Source: a virus (taxonomy: Duplodnaviria; Caudoviricetes). From it: a DNA stretch of 64,000 nt. Both the position numbers and the translations under genes were made by a program. Where the stretch lies: IMG/VR virus record IMGVR_UViG_3300018012_000099, one strand, 5' to 3'. Positions 1 to 7,571 of this stretch are shown in pieces (within the stretch, counting starts at the first letter, position 1; each line of letters starts with the position of its first letter). The notes below the pieces were generated by a model. It was not told the origin of the DNA. It worked only from the letters and a program-made list of their open reading frames with translations, and did not search any database.

Positions 1-551
1 CATGGTTCGAATTGTTTTTCTAAATGCTCTTTTAGTTCTTGAATAGAATAGGGAAGATAATCTAAACAGGAATATCCATTTTTAGATGAATCATTAGACT
101 TCAGATAAAAATTAATATTAGCCGAGACAGATGTCCTGATTCTAAAATTAGGATCATTAATGCGACGTTCTTTAGTATATTCGTTTTGATATTTTCTGAT
201 TTTATCCGCATTTTTAATGCGATATTCTTTATCCTGTTTTAGGATATCTTCTTTGTTTTCTTGGTAATATATTTTGTTATACTCTTGTCTTTCTTCTTTA
301 TGTTCCTGATAATACTCTTTTTGTTTTTCTAATTTTTCTTCTTTATTTTCTTCGTAGTGATCTTTTTTATAGGTTAAAATTTCTTCTTTATTTTCCTGAT
401 AATATGTTGCGTCATACTCTCGTTGATACTTTTTAATCTTGTCTTTGTTTTTCTCACGGTATTGGCGCATATATTCGGTGTTGCACTGCTTACATTTTCC
501 ACTCTTGCCGACATCATCCTTTTCAAGCCCGCACATACTACATTTCTTCAT
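1..551 (-). CDS. HNH-family endonuclease, 3'-truncated by the window edge (paralog of 2152..2742)
   Basis: Not in the ORF track. My translation from ATG at 551 (SD GGAG upstream) gives MKKCSMCGLEK...CKQC, then Lys/Glu/Tyr-rich repeats, then DPNFRIRTSVSANINFYLKSNDSSKNGYSCLDYLPYSIQELKEHLEKQFEPW. This aligns with NPYFKLRGHVSKYIAYYMKLNNSSKNNESCLKYLEYDIKDLKDHLEKQFEAW in 2152..2742. Confidence 0.8.
   Translation of the reverse strand, partial: MKKCSMCGLEKDDVGKSGKCKQCNTEYMRQYREKNKDKIKKYQREYDATYYQENKEEILTYKKDHYEENKEEKLEKQKEYYQEHKEERQEYNKIYYQENKEDILKQDKEYRIKNADKIRKYQNEYTKERRINDPNFRIRTSVSANINFYLKSNDSSKNGYSCLDYLPYSIQELKEHLEKQFEP
246..404 (-). repeat. 45-bp-period imperfect coding repeat, (Y/H)Y(Q/E)E(N/H)KE(E/D) x4, inside the HNH gene
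   Basis: Near-identical 24-mers start at 246, 291, 336 and 381, e.g. ttcttctttattttcctgataata and ttcttctttatgttcctgataata. Confidence 0.8.
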
Positions 552-601
552 GATTTCTCCTACCACGATCTATATCACTACTGGGAGAAGTTGAAATAAA
601 A

Positions 602-970
602 TTATTTAGGTTCTAACGGATTAGCTAAAACTCCTGAAACCGCCTCGGCTTCTATGCAAATGCCTTCTACAATAATCCAGTCGCCAGAAGTAAAGTTTTT
701 GGTTATTTCTTGATCATTAGCTAACCAAGCATTTGGTGCGCGCCCCACTTCAACATTATCTGTTTCAATGACTATCTGTAGGGGCAATTTTTGGGCTGCC
801 GGGTGGACATAGCTGTGTGAAAATAATCCTTCCATTTTTAATCGATCAAACATTATTCTGGACACATCCAACTTATGACCATTATAGGGACCGACGCCAG
901 CATAAGTAATAGATTGAATTTTGCCCACTAAAACATCACCCAGTAAGACTTTTATATTTATATATGTCAT
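602..970 (-). CDS. Divergent, internally deleted paralog of the tail tube protein
   Basis: SRIMFDRLKMEGLFSHSYVHPAAQKLPLQIVI aligns with tube QRVRFDRLRVAEAFSRGFVHVASQAYPFDIVI. VGKIQS matches VGAVQS, NAWL matches NVWI, and DWIIVEGICIEAEAV matches DWVITDTMTWEAETI. The start at ATG 970 is preferred over the track's 979. Confidence 0.75.
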   Translation of the reverse strand: MTYINIKVLLGDVLVGKIQSITYAGVGPYNGHKLDVSRIMFDRLKMEGLFSHSYVHPAAQKLPLQIVIETDNVEVGRAPNAWLANDQEITKNFTSGDWIIVEGICIEAEAVSGVLANPLEPK

Positions 971-1002
971 ATGAAACAATATATCAGAGACCAGCTAACT
1001 TC

Positions 1003-1554
1003 TCAAATACTTCTATCTGATTCAACAGCGCTCCGTGCTTCTTTCTCTCGGGCGCTTTCAATTGGTAAGGTGGTAAAGAGCTTGGTATCTCCCTCATCTC
1101 CGCCCCACAGCACCGCTTCCTGCACCATAAACTGCAAGGGCGTGTCCATCTTATAATCATCATATCCATGGGGAGAATAAGCCAAGGTAATATGGGGCTT
1201 GTATTCTTTGAAGGTCTGCTTAAAATCCACTTTAGCGGCTTGCAAGGCTTTGACCAATTTTTTATGCAATTGGTGCAATTCCTCCGACTTGACGGGGGCG
1301 ATGATGGGAACGGGATGATCGGGGCGAGGAGGAAAATGTGAGACGTGATCTGCTTTGACGGAGAAGGGCTCCGTCTCCGCCATAATTTCATAAGCCGCTT
1401 CGGTGGCTTTCAACATCTTCTTGATGGACCAGTTATCTTCAAACACCAATAAAGTAATATGATACTCCGAAGGTGTTTCTTTTTCACCCGGAACCTCCAA
1501 ATTACGAATTAATCTGCCCACCTCGTGGGGCACGCGAATTCCCAAAAAAGCCAT
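1003..1554 (-). CDS. 2H phosphoesterase (2'-5' RNA ligase / cyclic phosphodiesterase superfamily)
   Basis: Two HxT motifs, YHITLL and PHITLA, about 80 aa apart in a 183-aa protein. Confidence 0.85.
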   Translation of the reverse strand: MAFLGIRVPHEVGRLIRNLEVPGEKETPSEYHITLLVFEDNWSIKKMLKATEAAYEIMAETEPFSVKADHVSHFPPRPDHPVPIIAPVKSEELHQLHKKLVKALQAAKVDFKQTFKEYKPHITLAYSPHGYDDYKMDTPLQFMVQEAVLWGGDEGDTKLFTTLPIESAREKEARSAVESDRSI

Positions 1555-1603
1555 AGCTTAACCTCTATATCATATGGTAATATGACTATTTTCTCATTTC
1601 TAT

Positions 1604-2146
1604 ATGTCTTTCAAGAAACATGAGAAAATCCCACTCTCGGTGGCACGCAAATTACCCTATAAGTCACTGGCTCGCATGATTAAAAAGATGCGCGAGTACT
1701 TGAAGAAGGACCCAGTGGTGCAGGAAATGTTCAAGGACTATGGGGTGGAGATCGAAGAAATTGATTATATTCCTATGATGTTTGGAAATATTGATGTCTC
1801 GGCCAAGACGGATCATGGCGTCATTATCTTTAACTTTAAATTGCTGACCGATGGTGATTTTTTCGAAGATTTTTCCTACGGGGTGCATGAAATGACCCAC
1901 TGGCTGCAACAAACTACGGGTAATAAAGCGACTCGTAGTTCGGATGATGGTAACTATCTTAGAAATCCTTTTGAACAGGAAGGGTTTGCTAATCAGGTAG
2001 AATATATTGCAAATCAATTTGGCGATGGTAAGGCGGAAAAGTACGTGGACGATTTATTAGATCATCATGATGTAGATGGTAAAAAAGAAAAAGATGAATT
2101 AAAAGCTATCTTCCTTGACAAAGTGGCAGGAAAATATTCTTTCTGA
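1604..2146 (+). CDS. Putative zincin-like metallopeptidase
   Basis: GVHEMTHWLQQ (HExxH) with a downstream EQEGF as possible third ligand. Confidence 0.55.
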   Translation: MSFKKHEKIPLSVARKLPYKSLARMIKKMREYLKKDPVVQEMFKDYGVEIEEIDYIPMMFGNIDVSAKTDHGVIIFNFKLLTDGDFFEDFSYGVHEMTHWLQQTTGNKATRSSDDGNYLRNPFEQEGFANQVEYIANQFGDGKAEKYVDDLLDHHDVDGKKEKDELKAIFLDKVAGKYSF

Positions 2147-2151
2147 AAAAT

Positions 2152-2742
2152 TTAATTCTTATTACTATTTATTAGATTTTGTTTGGCGCTCAAAGGGCGG
2201 AGGTTATCAAGAGACCAACATTTCTTGAAGTTATCATCTTCCATGCTTGTGTACGGTAATTTGCTTTGTGGGATAATATGATCGATATTCCATGTCCAAG
2301 TAGATGGATCATTATCGTCCCAAGTTTGAGCACTATATTTGCCATAGTTGTCCCAGGTCATCCATGCTTCAAACTGTTTTTCTAAATGGTCTTTTAAATC
2401 TTTAATATCATATTCTAGATATTTGAGACATGATTCATTATTTTTGGAAGAATTATTAAGTTTCATATAGTATGCTATGTATTTGGATACATGCCCACGT
2501 AATTTGAAATATGGATTATTCCTTTTTTTACTGTGGTAATATCTGGCATTCTTTTCTTTTATTTTGTTTTTATTATTTTGCCTATAAATTTTTCCATCTT
2601 CGGCTAATTTTTCTTTGTTCTTTTGGTTGTATATTTTTCGATAAGTTTTTAGGAAAATTTTTCTGCAATCCTTGCATTGGTTGCGATTTTTTTCAAAGCA
2701 TGTTTCATCTTTGTAATTTTTACACATCGTACATTGTTTCAT
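2152..2742 (-). CDS. Free-standing HNH endonuclease
   Basis: N-terminal CxxC...CxxC (MKQCTMC...CKDC) and C-terminal WNIDHIIP...CWSLDNLRPLSAKQN. The likely start is ATG 2742, not 2823. It lies antisense between + strand genes. Confidence 0.8.
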   Translation of the reverse strand: MKQCTMCKNYKDETCFEKNRNQCKDCRKIFLKTYRKIYNQKNKEKLAEDGKIYRQNNKNKIKEKNARYYHSKKRNNPYFKLRGHVSKYIAYYMKLNNSSKNNESCLKYLEYDIKDLKDHLEKQFEAWMTWDNYGKYSAQTWDDNDPSTWTWNIDHIIPQSKLPYTSMEDDNFKKCWSLDNLRPLSAKQNLINSNKN

Positions 2743-2771
2743 GAATTTTATCGATAAATTGATATTGTGGT

Positions 2772-4760
2772 ATGGTAACTTATGCTGATCCAGTTCGAGT
2801 GGGGCTATCTCGCGTAGCATCAATGGGTGATGGTTACACTATTAATATATCATGGTTTCAGGCTTATTCCACGCTTCCTTCAAACAAAATAGCTTATCAT
2901 ATTTATTATGGTACGGATAACACTAAATTAATTCCAGATTCAGAATATCCAGACATATTTTCTGAAGGTGTCAAGCTGGTGGTGATTGATGGTTCCACCG
3001 AAGTTAATGTGATTGGATTAACTCCAGGTCAGGAATACTGGTTTTGTGTGCGACCGGTAGAGTATGATCCAACCATTTTTAATTTGTCAAATTTACCTAT
3101 TGCTCATGATAACGTGCGTTTTTATCCCAGTAGCTTGCTCCGTCAAAATATGACGGCTACCGATTTGATTGTGCCACTAATGGATGTGGAAGGATTTCCC
3201 AATATGGGAGTCGTGCAAGTAGGTATAGAACTAATTTTATATTTAGCGGTAGATGCGGTCAATAACAATTTGATTGTACCGGGCGGCACCTCTCCAATTA
3301 GTGGACATTTGGTATTACAATCTAACAATCAATACTATTTGCCAAACCCTAATAATACGGGACAGGGATCTTTAGGTTCTTTGACTTTGGTAGGTGGTGA
3401 CACTAATGGCACCTACAGTATTAGGTGCATCTTTGTGCAACGAGATGGTAGTGGTAATCCCATCTCCGGCACTGCTAAATTCGTGGTTATTAGTCCCCCA
3501 CCAGGCGATCCGGTGGATGGTTATGGCAACTACCCAGTTTGGGTGGCTAACGGTCCGATAGTTTCTGATGGTATCTTGAGTTTTGGTATTGTTGAAAATG
3601 ATGGATATACTTTTGTACCGGGCGATTCTTTTACCGTCCAAGTAGCCGGAGCACAACCAGGTCTGTCCAGCGGTCGTGGCTATGATAACACTCCGATTAC
3701 CTCTCACTCGGTTAGTGGTTTCGATGGCTACAATACCTGGAATCCTTTGGTTACTGTCTTTACTTTAACCGAGTCTCGCCTTTATGATCAGATGTATGTT
3801 TGCTTATCTCGTTTTGAATATCCTAACTTTCCTTTCACTATTATTGATGGTTATAGGCAGGTACCCGTCGATTATTTGAGCACAGATTTAGCTGCCGCTG
3901 ACGCGGCTAATGTTACTTTCCCGATATACGACTATGCGGGCTATCACCGTACTGATCCGGTACAATTGCTCAATGGTACTTGCGTAGGCAGTTACATCGG
4001 TGGAGAGATGGGTTGTATCGATGCTTACGGCAACTACAACATCTATCGTGGTTTCTCACTCCAGGATCAAAATACTCAGCGTCAAGACATTTTATTGTCC
4101 GTTACGGGGCAACCAGCTGTTCTAGTACAGAGAGTGCAGACGGGAGACGTATGCAGTTGTTACCTCTCCACTAGCGAATATCCTGACGACCGTTGCCCGT
4201 TCTGCTACGGCACCAAGTTTGTCTTTGGATACACCCAATATTTCAATCCGCGTCAGTCGGACGGACGCATCATGGTGCGTTTGGGACCAACTGCTGAAAA
4301 TCTAAAAATGCATGAAGGTGGTTTGGAATCTGAGTTCCCGCTAGATATTTGGACTCTCACGGTGCCTACCATCAAGACACGTGATTTCTTGATTTTGTTC
4401 GACCAGAACGATAACGAATCCTTCCGCTACGAAGTAGGGGACGTCATTCGTAATCAGACCATTTTAGGTCAAGATGGCGGTCAGCACTTGAAGACCTTCC
4501 GTATCCGTAAGACCGATCCGGCTTATCAAGTTAGGGTGTTCCGTAACACTTCCGATTTTCCAAATACCATCAATACTTCTTTGGGTATGGCTCCTCCTGC
4601 TATTCCGCCTCATAGCCACACCATCGTAGTAAATGAAAAGGTTTTGGCGGTCAGCCAAATTAATCAGACTACCGGTATCTCACAGGGACATAATCACCCA
4701 ATTACGGATGGGGTCGTTCAAACGGTGCTCGGGCATACACATACTATTATTCTCCCCTGA
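2772..4760 (+). CDS. Virion structural protein, probable neck/head-tail connector with N-terminal FN3-like domain
   Basis: FN3-like segment VIGLTPGQEYWFCVRPV, a middle domain shared with the sheath, CSC...RCPFCYGT motif and C-terminal HSH/HNH/HTH motifs. First gene of the structural block. The neck assignment is inferred from position and motif. Confidence 0.5.
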   Translation: MVTYADPVRVGLSRVASMGDGYTINISWFQAYSTLPSNKIAYHIYYGTDNTKLIPDSEYPDIFSEGVKLVVIDGSTEVNVIGLTPGQEYWFCVRPVEYDPTIFNLSNLPIAHDNVRFYPSSLLRQNMTATDLIVPLMDVEGFPNMGVVQVGIELILYLAVDAVNNNLIVPGGTSPISGHLVLQSNNQYYLPNPNNTGQGSLGSLTLVGGDTNGTYSIRCIFVQRDGSGNPISGTAKFVVISPPPGDPVDGYGNYPVWVANGPIVSDGILSFGIVENDGYTFVPGDSFTVQVAGAQPGLSSGRGYDNTPITSHSVSGFDGYNTWNPLVTVFTLTESRLYDQMYVCLSRFEYPNFPFTIIDGYRQVPVDYLSTDLAAADAANVTFPIYDYAGYHRTDPVQLLNGTCVGSYIGGEMGCIDAYGNYNIYRGFSLQDQNTQRQDILLSVTGQPAVLVQRVQTGDVCSCYLSTSEYPDDRCPFCYGTKFVFGYTQYFNPRQSDGRIMVRLGPTAENLKMHEGGLESEFPLDIWTLTVPTIKTRDFLILFDQNDNESFRYEVGDVIRNQTILGQDGGQHLKTFRIRKTDPAYQVRVFRNTSDFPNTINTSLGMAPPAIPPHSHTIVVNEKVLAVSQINQTTGISQGHNHPITDGVVQTVLGHTHTIILP

Positions 4761-4867
4761 TCTATGCATAGCTCTGGAAACCATTTAAGCGACAACTATC
4801 AGACAAATTGGGTTGAAATATAATTCGGTCGTCAAGATTATAAAGACTAATAAAAAGCCATAACATC

Positions 4868-6766
4868 ATGACGGACAACAGACAAAAACCAGCAGTTCCA
4901 AATTATGTGCCAGACGTAGGTCGTTTGGTCACGGATAGATTTGATTTTCAACAGCATGTTAATGGTACTGGTTTCCGTCACGTGGCTAATCAAATCGATA
5001 TGTCCCCATTAATCACTATTAGTGGTGAGCAGCCCACTAATGTGCAAGACGCTATTGCTTTACTGGCTGAAGCAGCATCCCCAGTTTTAAATCCAGCAAC
5101 TACAACTACTTTAGGTATTGTTCAATTATCTGGAGATATTGCTGGAACTGCTACTAATGTTAGGGTAGTCAATATTCAGGGACGACCGATTAGTACCTTA
5201 CCGCCGTCTACGGGTCAAGTATTGACTTGGCAAAGTGGCGGATTCTGGTCCCCACAAAATGTGAATAATGGGGCGGCAGGTGGCGACTTACGAGGCACCT
5301 ATCCTAATCCATTGGTAATAGCTTTGGATGGTTACAAGTTTAAAACTCCTACTAATCCACTCAATGGGCAAGTGCCCACTTGGGTGTCTGCGGATGGTTA
5401 TATCGAATGGAATTATACTGGACAAAATGTGGTCGTCTATCAACCCGGAGGTACCGCGGGAGGTAATGTGTATACCACTTTCGCGGGTGTGTATGCTTTT
5501 GCGCAAACTTTGGGCAGTGCACCAGTCACCATTTACTTGGACTCCACTCATAGTAGCACTTTCACTGTGCCAGCCGGCACCTATACTTGGGGCAATCAGC
5601 TATTGACCATCTTGGGATCCGGGGGTCCCGGACCTCCCATGCTGCAATTGCAAGCTGGCGTGGTGTGGAACGGCATTCTCTCTATGAATGTGGTAGGAGC
5701 CCAACTGACCAATGCTTCTACTAGTAGCACTCCCATCAGTTTCTCGGATGCTCTCAATCATACCGTACAAATTTTCTCTCATAGCTTTCTCAATGTGGAA
5801 GGGGGTTGTCAACCGCTGATGACCATTACCAATACCACTTCCGGACATTTATTTATTGAGTCGGATGGAGGTACCATTGGTGGTTTACCCGGAGGCGGTG
5901 CTCCCGTCATTACTGTCACGGGAGGTGTCAGTACTTTGACGCTAGTAATTGACGCCAACGCCTCTACTATCAGCGCTTCCTGTGTGTCTGCGGCGGTGGC
6001 AGGTAATGCACAAATCGTGTATGATGCCAATTCCAGTATATCTTTGCCACAGACTAATGTCACCTTGATTTTAGATGATATCGCCGCACAGGTCTCCTAT
6101 AATGATGGCTATGTCTCTCCCACTATCGGAGCGGTGACCGTGCAAGCTGCCATTGATTATCTCAAACAACATAGTGGAAGCGGAGGTACTATCGCCGGAG
6201 ATGTCACGGGGACGTTAGGATCCTCCACCGTAGTCAAACTACGAGGAAAAAATCTCTCCACCACTTTGTCTTCTCTTGGGGCTGCCCAAGATGGATATGC
6301 CCTCACCTGGGATAACACGGATGGCTATTGGTTTGCGGAATCACCTCCCGCCTATCAATGGGCGACTAATGCCTCACCCGTTACTTTATCAGATACCGCA
6401 GCACATATCATTACTAGCGTCACTATTGTACCTACCGTGACAGGACGATTGATTGCTTCCGCCACTGGTTATGTTAATAACTTGTCGGAAGCTGATACGG
6501 TGTCTTTGGGGATGTTTTACAGTATTGGTGCAGGCAATACTACTAATATTGCTCCCATTGGACTGTATACTATTCCACCCGCCATTAGTTTTACTTTTGC
6601 CGCTACCGTGGATTTACCTTTCTATATTATTTCTAACTTCCCCATCAATGAACCATGGGTGATCAATATTTGTGCCCAAGCCGGCACTGCTAATGATATT
6701 CAGTTCCCCGCTAGTGGATGTAATCTAGAAGTGGAAGAAAACCTACAGGCTAACTTATTGCCATAA
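4868..6766 (+). CDS. Tail fibre / fibre-like virion protein
   Basis: Three GD[ILV]xGT repeats typical of fibre shafts (GDIAGTATNVRVV, GDLRGTYPNPLVI, GDVTGTLGSSTVV). Gly/Thr/Ser-rich, with 5 DGY. Confidence 0.6.
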   Translation: MTDNRQKPAVPNYVPDVGRLVTDRFDFQQHVNGTGFRHVANQIDMSPLITISGEQPTNVQDAIALLAEAASPVLNPATTTTLGIVQLSGDIAGTATNVRVVNIQGRPISTLPPSTGQVLTWQSGGFWSPQNVNNGAAGGDLRGTYPNPLVIALDGYKFKTPTNPLNGQVPTWVSADGYIEWNYTGQNVVVYQPGGTAGGNVYTTFAGVYAFAQTLGSAPVTIYLDSTHSSTFTVPAGTYTWGNQLLTILGSGGPGPPMLQLQAGVVWNGILSMNVVGAQLTNASTSSTPISFSDALNHTVQIFSHSFLNVEGGCQPLMTITNTTSGHLFIESDGGTIGGLPGGGAPVITVTGGVSTLTLVIDANASTISASCVSAAVAGNAQIVYDANSSISLPQTNVTLILDDIAAQVSYNDGYVSPTIGAVTVQAAIDYLKQHSGSGGTIAGDVTGTLGSSTVVKLRGKNLSTTLSSLGAAQDGYALTWDNTDGYWFAESPPAYQWATNASPVTLSDTAAHIITSVTIVPTVTGRLIASATGYVNNLSEADTVSLGMFYSIGAGNTTNIAPIGLYTIPPAISFTFAATVDLPFYIISNFPINEPWVINICAQAGTANDIQFPASGCNLEVEENLQANLLP

Positions 6767-6772
6767 TAAAAA

Positions 6773-6934
6773 TCTACCAATAACATAAACTAGTGTGCAA
6801 ATCAATTCGCATGCTTCTGAAAAATTGATACTGCTTCTTCTTATGTGATTAATACTAACTTCGCTGAGATTACTTTGATTAGCGATGGCACAAATTGGTT
6901 TGTCTGTGATTCTTATAATGGTACCATAGTTTGA
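6773..6934 (+). pseudogene. Frameshifted remnant of a tail-fibre C-terminal domain
   Basis: One frame gives VQINSHASEK (6795-6824). After a -1 shift in an A5 run the next gives IDTASSYVINTNFAEITLISDGTNWFVCDSYNGTIV* (stop 6932-6934). This resembles the common fibre-tip motif E-x-ID-G-x-SSY-x-I-x-T-x-Y-x-S-x-TLISDG-x-NW. There is no usable start upstream. Confidence 0.55.
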
Positions 6935-7020
6935 TTCTACTCCTAATATTTCGAGAAAAATATATAGGGCATCATAATTCGTAATATATTACTTATTTCG
7001 TATGTCTTGAAGGAGTTATC

Positions 7021-7503
7021 ATGGACCCAATTTTGCAAGTGCTGCTTAGCTGGCAGTTTGTGTTGTTTTCTCTGGCTGTTGCGGCTGTTATGTATGTCTT
7101 TAGAATTATTGGAGAATATATTTTATCTCTTTTTAAGGTTGATCCCAAGAAGCCAACATGGTGGAATGATCTAATTCTTCCTATTTTGCCGGTTTTCATT
7201 GGTGCTTTCGGAGCGCTACATATTAAAACCTTTCCTTATCCGGACGGTTTAACTTCTCATGGTGATAGGCTTATTTTCGGATTAGTGGCTGGCTTACTTT
7301 CTACCCTCTTGTATCGTGTCTTTAAAGCTTTACTGTATCAAAAGATTCAAGGTTTTGTTCAGGCTTTACCTGGTGCTGTTCCGGTTGCTACCACCCCAGC
7401 TGTAGTTGATCCAACAGTTGGTCCCACGATTCCTGTTCCAACCCCAGCCGCTACCACTAATACGGTAGTTACGGCTAATCTACCGTCGCGTGGAAGTTTA
7501 TAA
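7021..7503 (+). CDS. Holin-like membrane protein
   Basis: About three hydrophobic segments (FVLFSLAVAAVMYVF, LILPILPVFIGAFGAL, LIFGLVAGLLSTLLY), a Pro/Thr-rich tail and a strong SD AAGGAG. Confidence 0.5.
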   Translation: MDPILQVLLSWQFVLFSLAVAAVMYVFRIIGEYILSLFKVDPKKPTWWNDLILPILPVFIGAFGALHIKTFPYPDGLTSHGDRLIFGLVAGLLSTLLYRVFKALLYQKIQGFVQALPGAVPVATTPAVVDPTVGPTIPVPTPAATTNTVVTANLPSRGSL

Positions 7504-7571
7504 TTCGGAAGTGCATTATATCGTATATTACGTAGAAATCATGCAACCATACGATATACGAAGAGAGAATA

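Noticed and set aside
246-404. Regularly spaced repeats resembling a CRISPR array
   Set aside because: The 45-bp period lies in frame within a coding sequence, the repeats are degenerate and the spacers are too short. No cas genes are present.
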